A stretch of DNA of 64,000 nt from an uncultured Bacilli bacterium (GCA_934101795.1 CAKORY010000003.1:41873-105872); one strand, 5' to 3'; shown: positions 10,001 through 18,721, counted from the first letter of the stretch. Notes: a model not told the origin generated them from the letters alone. Made by a program: numbers and translations.

Positions 10001-10492
10001 TTTAGCACTTTCAACATCTCCGCCGTATCCAAAGACACCTAAAGCAAAAGCACGAAGAGCTATACTTGTTGCAGCATAAAGTGAATCTCCACTAATCGTT
10101 TTTGTGCTGCCATTAATTGTAAAAGTTAAACTATCATTATATTGATTTTTACCATTTTTAATAATTTCTAGGATACCTAGGTCAAATGCATTTATTCTTT
10201 TTGTATACGCAGTATCTCCAAGAATACGATCGACTTTATATCCATTAGATGCATCTTTATGTGGGTCCATACAATATCCTACAAAATTTTCATTAGAGGA
10301 ATCAACAAATGAATACATCCATATGCCTAATGTAGAGCCATTAAATACACTTAAATCACTGACAGTATGTTTTCCATTAGCGTGCTTTGAAAATTTTTCT
10401 TTTTCTTCGATGGTTCTAGCCTTAACGTTAAAGCTAGCAAAACCAACAATAATTGTTAATAAGATTATTATTATTTTTAAATTCTTTTTCAT
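7010..10492 (-). CDS. large secreted cysteine-rich protein (1160 aa), candidate pilus-associated adhesin
   Basis: Sec-type signal peptide (MKKNLKIIIILLTIIVGFASFNVKA). Many Cys, including the cluster CRPKDCPNCEFVCEGDGCEWKDCPSCKITCENC. ATGA overlap with the upstream gene. Confidence 0.6.
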   Translation of the reverse strand: MKKNLKIIIILLTIIVGFASFNVKARTIEEKEKFSKHANGKHTVSDLSVFNGSTLGIWMYSFVDSSNENFVGYCMDPHKDASNGYKVDRILGDTAYTKRINAFDLGILEIIKNGKNQYNDSLTFTINGSTKTISGDSLYAATSIALRAFALGVFGYGGDVESAKPHLVEKYKGIASAHITSGIEWASYNIDKINKITDTKCTGSVENFRKCYEKTFIKGFLKNNWYKNSYNFKISSSSSEGYLVMYAAQNLFMKGFDRAYEVITGDVTTATVTATANSSTTDKTTTDNIIEEYYHQTIDFAKFDAQNGKIDNFTLTCQDCAKNNITLGNLEFFNPQINDWQDVANINVLTAFNADGKTKSGKIELRFKVTRIKDDENCKSVNYKISYRYDDPSLKYIGALLKTSDTSKQRFFIIQKNDGNLKSEITGTIKCSASCNTELELPVCSYEEDDAVAKINGPTKIKTCIINNQDDAGNTYQFTSDVGGVDNAYCKIYCKEDYAEIKLNPIVKNVKCGGYFKLTSKINGTKTCYAGSPNTTENSTNGKNSIDKDQYIIDVIQAQQNMVEKYNEYYKWKQSLNFIDTETNKYDSKEEGESCTTDKDGNEHCHTTCESYGDCDGYNVDMTAASGVYGYNINCNNTTGICTYSRNKTLTNSYGADGGRNGACNNGTCTPGSRQTLVTNINGIIRSAESALKESISKYEKIINDYNACTTAWTNEFAFAQAVRYYYDENRGKDNTNYAPYFDLLTGKDDLQKLEKYGNEKVDTKITVCTGATNDKYECLNKNNEKTFDLSIDKNKLSDYSYNSTYGDVFEHKNYVKCSIDSCEIDKKSYVSNAAFVKKEVTKEQKYITPTAFYQIAANGKVIAYDNYSIDKVQLEPLVNKLPISTSSVGGGVFKLLVENLGEFYDKKDTSGRLIDFNGANEDKSVAKAVGVNAFDGEYACYYENTCRPKDCPNCEFVCEGDGCEWKDCPSCKITCENCIFNLDDLNIIVKTITTTDVNAANRTHGYNWITSSSMEALQLLTKKASTTISEIEEINEMIYDAKTTDGSTLGFSIKLTPEIINKITTYNKNNEDKGGYINNSLTCYDATIDGETYKNIYCYSELIDKLVTENSDNVTVLPSRVNDEARRANDTGNSGYWTLWSNYRIDKTSESVIGGPAWK

Positions 10493-11259
10493 ATTATACT
10501 TCTCCTACGTTTCTTTATTATTATATATGTTGTACTTCCAACTGCGACAACCAATATTGCTCCCCCGATGATAAATGGCACTTTATGTTCAACAATAAAG
10601 TTTTGAACTTTTTTATACCATTTTTCATTTTCTTTAGTTTCTTCTTCTTTTTGAATTTTCTTTTCTACTTCTTTATATACCCTACCAGTAAAAACATCAA
10701 AACCGATATTTTCATATGTTACATATCTTTGACATAAATACGAATCAGGAATATTTTTACAGATATCATATGTTGAGTAATCATTATATCTTGGTAAAGC
10801 CTGATATAGTGTTTTTAATATCGTTCCTTCACATCCTGTAGCACTTGAGGCATAAACCTTAATTGTATATGTTATCAGCTCATCAATTTCGTGCCAATCA
10901 AATGATATGTTTCCGTTTTTTGTGTCACTATATTGATATATAGTTTTATCATTGTTATAATCATTTGTTACTTCGACATACATATTTTCAGTTAAATTCA
11001 AAATATTTACTTGAATATATTCTGTTGTGGCTTCATATGTATCTTCGTATTCAGTTCCTATTAAAGCATCGGAAATTGTATATTCATCTTTATTCATTAC
11101 CCTTTCCTTAATTTCATAATTTGCCTTTACATTTGTTATTTCATTATTTAACTTTGCTTTTTCTTCATAACCACATGTAGCTGCGTTTACATTTGTTAAT
11201 AAAAATAGTGATGAAAAAGCAATTATTGCAGTTTTTTTAAAACTATACATTTTGCCCAC
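10489..11259 (-). CDS. secreted protein with C-terminal membrane anchor; first gene of the operon
   Basis: Signal peptide (IIAFSSLFLLTNVNA). C-terminal TM helix plus basic tail (FIIGGAILVVAVGSTTYIIIKKRRRSII). No LPXTG motif seen. Confidence 0.5.
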   Translation of the reverse strand: MGKMYSFKKTAIIAFSSLFLLTNVNAATCGYEEKAKLNNEITNVKANYEIKERVMNKDEYTISDALIGTEYEDTYEATTEYIQVNILNLTENMYVEVTNDYNNDKTIYQYSDTKNGNISFDWHEIDELITYTIKVYASSATGCEGTILKTLYQALPRYNDYSTYDICKNIPDSYLCQRYVTYENIGFDVFTGRVYKEVEKKIQKEEETKENEKWYKKVQNFIVEHKVPFIIGGAILVVAVGSTTYIIIKKRRRSII

Positions 11260-11362
11260 CTACCTATGTTTTAGTTTATCATATTATTTAAGTTTTTTCA
11301 ATTCTAAATTGATAATAATTTATAAATATGGTATATTTATATTGTAGAAATCGGGGTAAATA

Positions 11363-12169
11363 ATGAAAAAAGTTTTTTTAGTAATTTTTATTTTTATAAT
11401 TTGTTTAACTTTATATGGTTTTTTTATTAATCCAAAAGGATTTAAAATTATATCTAAAAATATAGAAGTTCAAAATCTTCCTGACTCCTTTGATGGTTTT
11501 AAAATACTTCAATTATCCGACTTTTTAATAAAGGACAAAAATGATTTAAACAGAATTAAAAATATTTCTGAGAAGGTAAATGACTTAAAACCAGATATTA
11601 TAGTTTTTACCGGAGACTTACTATATAAGAATAATAATTTAGATAAAGATGATATTAATAAACTAAAAGAATTATTAAAGAATATGGAGTGTACTTTATA
11701 TAAATATGCTGTCATCGGAGATAATGATGAAGTAAATAAATATAGTGAAATAATGAATGATGCTAATTTTAAAATATTAGATAATGAATCAGAATATATA
11801 TTTTATAAGGATGTAAAACCTATTAAGATAACAGGTTTAACTAATCTAGATAATTTTAATAAAGCTTTAAATATTGAAGATAATTTAGAAACTACTTTTA
11901 ATTTAGTTATTACTCATTATCCAGATTATTTTGAAACTTTAAAAAATAATGACATTGATGTTATGCTTGCTGGTCATTCATTAAATGGGCTTGTTGTTTT
12001 ACCTTTTTATGGTGGTATAATTTCAACAGATTGGTCTCAAAAATATAAATATGGTAGTTATGAAGAAAATAATTCTAAATTATTTATTTCTGGTGGTATT
12101 GGTACTCATAAAATAGAATTTAGATTATTTAATAAACCTGAAATAAATTTGTATTTATTAAAAAAATAA
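11363..12169 (+). CDS. membrane-anchored calcineurin-like metallophosphoesterase (YkuE-like)
   Basis: Motifs LSDFL, FTGDL, GDND, THYPD, AGHSLNG. N-terminal TM helix. Confidence 0.7.
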   Translation: MKKVFLVIFIFIICLTLYGFFINPKGFKIISKNIEVQNLPDSFDGFKILQLSDFLIKDKNDLNRIKNISEKVNDLKPDIIVFTGDLLYKNNNLDKDDINKLKELLKNMECTLYKYAVIGDNDEVNKYSEIMNDANFKILDNESEYIFYKDVKPIKITGLTNLDNFNKALNIEDNLETTFNLVITHYPDYFETLKNNDIDVMLAGHSLNGLVVLPFYGGIISTDWSQKYKYGSYEENNSKLFISGGIGTHKIEFRLFNKPEINLYLLKK

Positions 12170-12190
12170 TCGCATTCGCGATTATTTTTT
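12168..12190. terminator. bidirectional intrinsic terminator
   Basis: AATCGC-ATTC-GCGATT hairpin, with A-run on the left and T-run on the right, between convergent genes. Confidence 0.5.
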
Positions 12191-12476
12191 ATAGATATTT
12201 TACCATTTTGAAGTTAGCATTTAGTTTGGCAATTAATTCTTCTTTATCGTATTTAGAAAAACTTTCTTCAAAATTACTAGCATCCATTAAGAACATATCT
12301 GGATAATTTATAAATATTTCTTTATAAGTTTCAATACCTAAGTTTTTTAAATATTCTAAATTTGTCTTTACTAGATTTTCATGTTCTTCGATTACTTTTT
12401 TCATTTTTTCTGGAGTGTTATTTTCATACTCGCTAATATCACTGTCTAAAAAACCATATTCTTTTAAAAAAATCAT
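12189..12476 (-). CDS. hypothetical protein with mTERF-like helical repeat
   Basis: LEYLKNLGIETYKEIFINYPDMFLMD. 4-nt overlap with the upstream gene. Confidence 0.4.
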   Translation of the reverse strand: MIFLKEYGFLDSDISEYENNTPEKMKKVIEEHENLVKTNLEYLKNLGIETYKEIFINYPDMFLMDASNFEESFSKYDKEELIAKLNANFKMVKYL

Positions 12477-13135
12477 GCTACTCTCCCTTTTACTTCTTCT
12501 TTATTTGCTTCTAAAATTTCATCTATACTTGATATTAAATATTCTAAATTATCACTATATGCTTTAAAAGCTTCTACTAGTGATTCTTTAATTCCTAAAC
12601 CTTGTTTTTCAACTTTTGCTAATTTTTCGTATACTTCATTTTTTTTATCTTCCATAGCAAATGTTTCCATTACTCTATCTGCTAAGTCTTTTAGCTCTGC
12701 ATCCATTACACTGGGAGTTATATCACGGGTTACACTACTATTTTGTAAAACATAGTTATAACCCCTTTCACTAAATAAAAATGATTGATACTTTCCTTTT
12801 TCACTTTTATATGGAATTCCTAAATGTTCAAGTTCACCGATTCTTTTTATAACTTTATCAACATCTTGTTTTAAAAATGATGGTGTTTGAATATAAGCTT
12901 CTAAAAAACCTAAATCTTTAGCTCTTAATACTGCTTTTTTTAGAATTTCAGGTTCTATACTTAGAACTATCCAATCACTTGGTTTTAAATTTATACCATA
13001 TTCTTTTAATAATTCTTTATTTCCATCATTTGCAAGTTCTAATGATATTAAGAACTTTTCTGGATGTTCTTTGTTTACGTCAAACCCAACTTTTTCTTCT
13101 TCGTATATACTTTTTACTTCTTCAAATGATTTCAT
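12473..13135 (-). CDS. hypothetical protein with mTERF-like helical repeats
   Basis: LLKEYGINLKPSDWIVLSIEPEIL, AKDLGFLEAYIQTPSFL, LEHLGIPY. Confidence 0.4.
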   Translation of the reverse strand: MKSFEEVKSIYEEEKVGFDVNKEHPEKFLISLELANDGNKELLKEYGINLKPSDWIVLSIEPEILKKAVLRAKDLGFLEAYIQTPSFLKQDVDKVIKRIGELEHLGIPYKSEKGKYQSFLFSERGYNYVLQNSSVTRDITPSVMDAELKDLADRVMETFAMEDKKNEVYEKLAKVEKQGLGIKESLVEAFKAYSDNLEYLISSIDEILEANKEEVKGRVA

Positions 13136-13148
13136 TATATACTCCTTT

Positions 13149-14411
13149 CTAATAAGCCATTAACGGAACCTTTTTAGGATCTAATCCACTTATTTGTAAT
13201 ACATTTATTGTATTATTTAAACCTTTTAAATCATATTTAACTAAAATACTTGGCATTAAACTAATATCACGAGCTTCTTTACCAATGTTTATTAACTTTT
13301 CTAATTTTTCTTTTAATTCTTTATCATAAAGAATTTCAGGATTTTCTTTTATAACATCAAGAGCTATTTTGTATTCTTTTAATACACTAACATTTGTTTT
13401 TATTAATTCTTCATCATAATTAGCAAGAATCTTTTCTAACTCTACACTTGTTAATATATTAGCATTTACATCTAAAGATGTTAATAATGTAGTTAATTTT
13501 TCTTTTTCTGGTTTTTCATTAGCTACTTCAGTTATCATTTCAGAATTATCTTCGCTTAATATTGGTGCAGCTTCTTTTTGTTTTTCTACTTGTGGTATGT
13601 TATTTTCTGTAATTACTTTATCAAAAATATCTTCTAAAGCTGATGGAGCTTCTAGGCTAGCTTCAACTTCTGGAGCATTTTCTTTAACTTCGTTTACTAC
13701 TTCCTTATTTTCAATATGAGATTCCTTTTTAGCTTCAACTAAAACATCTGTTATTGTTTTTCTGCTTGCTTTATCCCTACTTTTGTAAATGCCATCATAT
13801 TCATAAAGTGCATCTTCTGGGAACATTAGAATTTTTGCAGCTTCTCTTTGTTCGTCTTCATTAAATTCAAATTTTTCAAGTAAGCTTGTAATAGCATCTC
13901 TGGTTATATTGATATTACCTTCTAAAGCTAAATTAAAGTATTCGTTTAGTTTTGCTTGATTACTTAATGCTTCATCTTTTCTAATGCCTAATTCTTCAAC
14001 TTTTGTTATAGCATTATTCATTTCTGTTTCAACATTTTCAAGTTCTTCACTAGCAAGTTTATTTTCATCAACAACTTTTTCTATTGTTGTTGGTAACATC
14101 TTGTTTACTTTTTCATTGATTGATGCTGGATCAAAATCAATTTGTAAACGATCTAATACATTAGCAAAATCATCTCTATTTATATTACTAAGTAGAGATA
14201 TTAATTTGTTTCCTTCTTCTTGGAGTGTTTCTTCTTCTTTAGTTAATTTAGCTATTTTATCAAGTAGAACTTCTTTTTCATTTTTTGTTCTTTCACCAGT
14301 TTCAATAGCTTCTTGTCTTTCTTTATTCATTTTTGCTAGTATTACGCTATCTTCACCACGAAGATTGTATAATTTATCTAGTAATGCTTTTACTTCATTT
14401 GATATTTTCAT
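13149..14411 (-). CDS. coiled-coil protein with C-terminal mTERF-like repeats
   Basis: Long E/K-rich heptad-like N-terminal half. The C-terminal part has LKEYKIALDVIKENPEILYD and INIGKEARDISLMPSILV. Confidence 0.4.
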   Translation of the reverse strand: MKISNEVKALLDKLYNLRGEDSVILAKMNKERQEAIETGERTKNEKEVLLDKIAKLTKEEETLQEEGNKLISLLSNINRDDFANVLDRLQIDFDPASINEKVNKMLPTTIEKVVDENKLASEELENVETEMNNAITKVEELGIRKDEALSNQAKLNEYFNLALEGNINITRDAITSLLEKFEFNEDEQREAAKILMFPEDALYEYDGIYKSRDKASRKTITDVLVEAKKESHIENKEVVNEVKENAPEVEASLEAPSALEDIFDKVITENNIPQVEKQKEAAPILSEDNSEMITEVANEKPEKEKLTTLLTSLDVNANILTSVELEKILANYDEELIKTNVSVLKEYKIALDVIKENPEILYDKELKEKLEKLINIGKEARDISLMPSILVKYDLKGLNNTINVLQISGLDPKKVPLMAY

Positions 14412-14520
14412 TTAATCACGCCCTTTATTATGAATAAATTATAGCAGATTATTTTTAAGTTGTAAAGATGTTTTTTAATTGTAAGTTAATGATACTTACA
14501 TTAATAACTTTGGAGAAAAA

Positions 14521-15294
14521 TTATTTTATACCTTCTAAAAATATTTTATCATTAAATGCTCCTCGTTTATCCTTTTTGTTATTTGCAATTTTAATAATAT
14601 CGTCTAAAGTTTTATTTTCAGAATTTGCAAGAGCTGTTATAACTTCAAGCATATCTGCAAGTTCTTCTAATTTATCATTACCTTTAGCACTTAATACTTC
14701 AATATATTCTTCGTATAATTTCTTTTCTAATTCCTTTATATATTCTTTATTATTTAATGTCCTAATTATTGGAGTTTCATTATTGTTTTTTATTTTTTCA
14801 GGTATTTTGTCTCTCACAAGCTTTTGATATTGTTTTTTTGAATATCCATAAATATAGGTTGTTTTCTTTGGTATAAAGTCTTGTTTTAAATATATTTTAG
14901 TAGCATCAATATTATCGTTCCATGCTGTTACTTCGATGTATTTTACTTCTTTACTAAAACACCAATTTTTATATTCTTCAATTAATTTACTAGCAATTTT
15001 ATTACCACGATATTCTTCTATAACGTATAATGCATCTAATTTAGCTGTTTTTTCTTTAACAAGAATATCTTCAGTTACATATCCATATATATATCCTACT
15101 ACTTTATTATTTATAAATGCTATATATATAACTGAGTTTTCATTTAATTTATTATAATAATTATTAATTATAATGTTATTTTTTAAATTTTCATCATATT
15201 TTGTTTCATCATTTATTAGTTTTGTTAATAAATCATTACAAACACTAGCATTTTCTTGGTCATATTTTTTTATTTCTATATTCATATAAATCAC
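14521..15294 (-). CDS. GNAT acetyltransferase fused to a MazG/PRA-PH-like NTP pyrophosphohydrolase domain
   Basis: N-terminal half is GNAT-like (VVGYIYGYV... EEYRGNKIASKLIEE). C-terminal half has KLVRDKIPEKI ... LEELADMLEVITAL ... KRGAFNDKIFL. Confidence 0.55.
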   Translation of the reverse strand: MIYMNIEIKKYDQENASVCNDLLTKLINDETKYDENLKNNIIINNYYNKLNENSVIYIAFINNKVVGYIYGYVTEDILVKEKTAKLDALYVIEEYRGNKIASKLIEEYKNWCFSKEVKYIEVTAWNDNIDATKIYLKQDFIPKKTTYIYGYSKKQYQKLVRDKIPEKIKNNNETPIIRTLNNKEYIKELEKKLYEEYIEVLSAKGNDKLEELADMLEVITALANSENKTLDDIIKIANNKKDKRGAFNDKIFLEGIK

Positions 15295-15347
15295 AATTTA
15301 ATTATAACAGACTTTTAAAAAAAAGAAAATAATTTCTTATTTTCTCT

Positions 15348-15707
15348 TTAGTCCTTTAAAATAACTATCTTTTTAACATTAGCTAACTTTGCAGGATCAC
15401 TTGGCATCATTACATCTTCTGCTGTTATAGATACTTGTTGATTTGCTTTTAATTTATCTAATGTAACTTCTTTATTTTCATATATTATTTTAGTTTTGTT
15501 ATCTATTTCAAATTCGTATTCTATAACATTATCTTTGTCTTTTGTTTCTACTAAAATAGTATATTTATTATCTCTAGATACAACATCTTTAATTGTAGCT
15601 TCAAAAACAAGATCTTTTTCTTTGGTTACGCTTTTGTATATTCCAAATCCAACTCCTATTAAAACAATTACTACAGCAATTATTTTTAATAATAAAGTAT
15701 TTTTCAT
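15348..15707 (-). CDS. small membrane-anchored hypothetical protein
   Basis: Start moved to MKNTLLL (ATG 15707), which has an AAAGGAGG RBS. Single N-terminal TM helix. Confidence 0.45.
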   Translation of the reverse strand: MKNTLLLKIIAVVIVLIGVGFGIYKSVTKEKDLVFEATIKDVVSRDNKYTILVETKDKDNVIEYEFEIDNKTKIIYENKEVTLDKLKANQQVSITAEDVMMPSDPAKLANVKKIVILKD

Positions 15708-15727
15708 TTGACCTCCTTTCTTTTTTA

Positions 15728-17209
15728 TCATTTAATAAATCTATCCCAATAATATTTTTCGGTACTTTTTAAAATGGAAAAATGTTCTTTTATTTGTGAA
15801 CTTATAAAGTTTGCTTTTTTATTTATAGGTGTATTTTTTGCATAACAATCTTTTGTGTAAGTTCTAAACATTAATTCTGCAAAAATTACTGCTCTATCTT
15901 CTAAATAGTTTGTTTTTCCATATTTTGATACAAAATAAGCTTTTTTTACATCTGTGAAATTATAGACATAATCGTTACTTTTATCTCCGTATATAAAGCC
16001 ATCTGGGTTTACTTCATTCATACTTTTATTTATATCGATTGGATAACCTTTAACACTAATATATGAATCTATATAATGCATTATTTCGTGATGAAGTACG
16101 TATTCAAATAATAGTGATGGTTCTATCATTATTATGATATTTGTTTTGATATGAGCATCTGTAACCCCAGATACATTACCACTTATACTTTTAACTAAAT
16201 ATATAGTTGCTGGCATATTAAAGTTTTTCATTTCTTTGAAAAATCCTTCAGGATATTTGGCAAGTGCTTTATCTATTTCTATAAGATACTTATTTATTTC
16301 ATTGTCATCCTCGATTATTTTTCTTGTATAGCCATTCATCGAATAATAGTCCATTTCATTTTTATATGCTATTTTAATTGAATATTTGTTTTGAATTTTA
16401 TTTCGATATTCATTATTTTTTTGAGCTTGAGTTTTTTCTGTTTCTTTTGGCGGTTCTTCTTGTGGTGGTTTATCAGCTTTATCTGTTTCTTTTGGTGGTT
16501 CTTCTTGTGGTGGTTTATCAACTTTATCTGGCTCTTTATTAGTATTTTCATTATTTTGATTATTATTCACAATATTACTATTTGTTGGTTTTTCTGTTAC
16601 TACATTGTTCTTTTGGTTTGCTTTTTCCCAGATAGCATAAAGAGTTGTGTCTTCATTAAATATAGTCTCATTTGTAATTTTATTGTTGTTTTTGTCTATC
16701 CAACCTTTAAAAATATAGCCATTATATGTTGGATTTTCTGGTAATCTAAAAGCTTGATTATTGTCTAATGAGATACTATCTACTTTACTTCCACCTTTGG
16801 TATCAAATGAAATTGTTATTATTTTATTTGTTTCTTCTTTGGAAATTTCTTTTTTTATATATTTAATATTATATTTGTCTAAGTCTGTTAATTTAATTAT
16901 TTTATTAGTTAATGCTGTTTTAATATCAAATTTTTCATCATTATAAATAACACTTATATATTTGCTACTACACGGTAAATAGTAAATATATGTTTCATCT
17001 TTGTAAAATTCTTCTTCATTTAAACAAGAAATATCTGGATTATTTTTAGTTAAATCAATAATTTCAATTGCATTGTTTTTTTCTTTTGGATATTCATTAT
17101 TTTTATTTTTTATTATTGGTCTATTGTTAAATATTAAAGCTACCAAGATAACTAATATTATTAAAGATAATATTACTCCGATTATAACTCGTATTTTACG
17201 CTTTTTCAT
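15728..17209 (-). CDS. membrane-anchored protein with Listeria-Bacteroides repeat, Pro-rich linker and HExxH putative metallopeptidase domain
   Basis: N-terminal TM helix. YNGYIFKGWIDKNNNKI...LYAIW repeat. Duplicated DKPPQEEPPKET. HHEIMHY zinc-binding-like motif. Confidence 0.55.
   Translation of the reverse strand: MKKRKIRVIIGVILSLIILVILVALIFNNRPIIKNKNNEYPKEKNNAIEIIDLTKNNPDISCLNEEEFYKDETYIYYLPCSSKYISVIYNDEKFDIKTALTNKIIKLTDLDKYNIKYIKKEISKEETNKIITISFDTKGGSKVDSISLDNNQAFRLPENPTYNGYIFKGWIDKNNNKITNETIFNEDTTLYAIWEKANQKNNVVTEKPTNSNIVNNNQNNENTNKEPDKVDKPPQEEPPKETDKADKPPQEEPPKETEKTQAQKNNEYRNKIQNKYSIKIAYKNEMDYYSMNGYTRKIIEDDNEINKYLIEIDKALAKYPEGFFKEMKNFNMPATIYLVKSISGNVSGVTDAHIKTNIIIMIEPSLLFEYVLHHEIMHYIDSYISVKGYPIDINKSMNEVNPDGFIYGDKSNDYVYNFTDVKKAYFVSKYGKTNYLEDRAVIFAELMFRTYTKDCYAKNTPINKKANFISSQIKEHFSILKSTEKYYWDRFIK
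16441..16530. repeat. 45-bp tandem duplication (2 copies, 43/45 identical) encoding the Pro-rich linker
   Basis: Compared directly: 16441-16485 versus 16486-16530. Confidence 0.85.
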
Positions 17210-17225
17210 CTTAGCTCCAAGAATT

Positions 17226-17606
17226 TTATTTTACATCGCAAGTCCAAAGACCATGCTTATTGCAATATGCATATAATTTTGATCCCTTTACGTATTTAAA
17301 CTTACATTCAGCAGGCTCATTTACTAATAATTTAACTTTTTCAGTTACTTTTTCATTTACTAAAGCTATCCACATAATAAAGTGATCATCTTCCATGACA
17401 TGATTTACTTTTACATATATTTCATCATTTATTATTTCATATGTTGGTACGTGTTTTTCAAATGAAGCATCAATACTATTTGGAATTAGTTCTATGACTG
17501 GTTCCTCACAACATTTTATTTGACATTCATCACATTTGCAATCATTAATTACTTCGAATAATGCACCACATTTTAAACACTTTTTTATTATTAATTCATT
17601 TTTCAT
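17226..17606 (-). CDS. dfx: desulfoferrodoxin (superoxide reductase, 2Fe type)
   Basis: N-terminal CxxC...CC desulforedoxin-like cluster. EKHVP, and CNKHGLW near the C-terminus. Confidence 0.8.
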   Translation of the reverse strand: MKNELIIKKCLKCGALFEVINDCKCDECQIKCCEEPVIELIPNSIDASFEKHVPTYEIINDEIYVKVNHVMEDDHFIMWIALVNEKVTEKVKLLVNEPAECKFKYVKGSKLYAYCNKHGLWTCDVK

Positions 17607-17731
17607 AACGTTTCTCCTTATTGGATTATTTTACCATGATTAATTAAATTAAGCAATAAATTATATAATTATTTTCTTTATAACATAATGTTGTTTTTAT
17701 TCATATATTACTTTAGAGGGAGGAATTATTT

Positions 17732-18721
17732 TTGAAAAAAAGAATTATAATTGGATTAGTATGCGTGGTGATTTTTCTTGGAGTTTTAGGCCTTTTACTT
17801 GGCTTTAGAAAAGATAATGATAAATCCTTAACTAAAGTAAAATTGGCAGAAGTTACTCATAGTTCATTTTATAGTCCGCTTTACGTTGCATTAGAAAAAG
17901 GTTATTTTAAAGAAAATGGTATAGATTTAGAACTTATTTTAACACCTGGTGCTGATAAAGTAAGCGCAGCAGTTTTATCTGGTGATGTAGAAATTGGTTT
18001 TGCTGGGGCTGAGTCTGCAATATATGTTTATAAACAAGATGAAAGTGATTACTTAACACTTTTTGCAGGCCTTACTAAAAGAGATGGACAATTTATTGTT
18101 TCTAGAAAAGAAATAAAAGATTTTAAATTAGAGGACTTATATAATAAAGAAATTTTAGTAGGAAGAAGTACGGGTATGCCAGCTTTAAATTTCTTAAATG
18201 CCCTTAAGAAAAATAATATTGATACTAGCAAAATAAATGTTAATACATCTGTTGAGTTTTCTGCTTTATCAGGTTCATTTATTGGTGGTGTTGGTGATTT
18301 TGTTAATCTATTTGAACCAAATGCAACAGCTTTAGTTAAACAAGGCTATGGAAATGTTGTTGCTTCAGTTGGAATGCTTTCTGGAGAAGTTCCGTATACT
18401 GCTTTTTATGCACGTAAGAGTTATATAAAAGATAATGAAGATATAATTAAAAAATTTACAGATGCAATAAATAAAGGAATTAGGTATACAATGGATAATG
18501 AACCTGATGTTGTTGCTAAAGATATAATTGGTCAATTTCCTGATACAAATGTTGAAGATTTAGCTGAAATGATAAAAAGATATAAAGAATATGACTCATG
18601 GCTACCTAATCCATATATAAGTGAAGGATTATTTACTAACTTAGAGGACTTTTTAATAGATTTTAATTTACTTGATGAATATGTTCCTTATGTAGATTTA
18701 GTTAATAATTTCTATGAATAA
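17732..18721 (+). CDS. ABC transporter substrate-binding protein (NMT1/THI5-like, NitT/TauT family)
   Basis: TTG start with GGGAGG RBS. Signal anchor. SFYSPLYVALEKGYFKENGIDLEL is typical of the family. Confidence 0.7.
   Translation: MKKRIIIGLVCVVIFLGVLGLLLGFRKDNDKSLTKVKLAEVTHSSFYSPLYVALEKGYFKENGIDLELILTPGADKVSAAVLSGDVEIGFAGAESAIYVYKQDESDYLTLFAGLTKRDGQFIVSRKEIKDFKLEDLYNKEILVGRSTGMPALNFLNALKKNNIDTSKINVNTSVEFSALSGSFIGGVGDFVNLFEPNATALVKQGYGNVVASVGMLSGEVPYTAFYARKSYIKDNEDIIKKFTDAINKGIRYTMDNEPDVVAKDIIGQFPDTNVEDLAEMIKRYKEYDSWLPNPYISEGLFTNLEDFLIDFNLLDEYVPYVDLVNNFYE

Noticed and set aside
17607-17731. Possible TPP or other riboswitch upstream of the NMT1/THI5-like ABC importer
   Set aside because: There is no CTGAGA...ACCTGA TPP core and no other recognisable riboswitch consensus or terminator/antiterminator pair. 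The region is just an AT-rich promoter.
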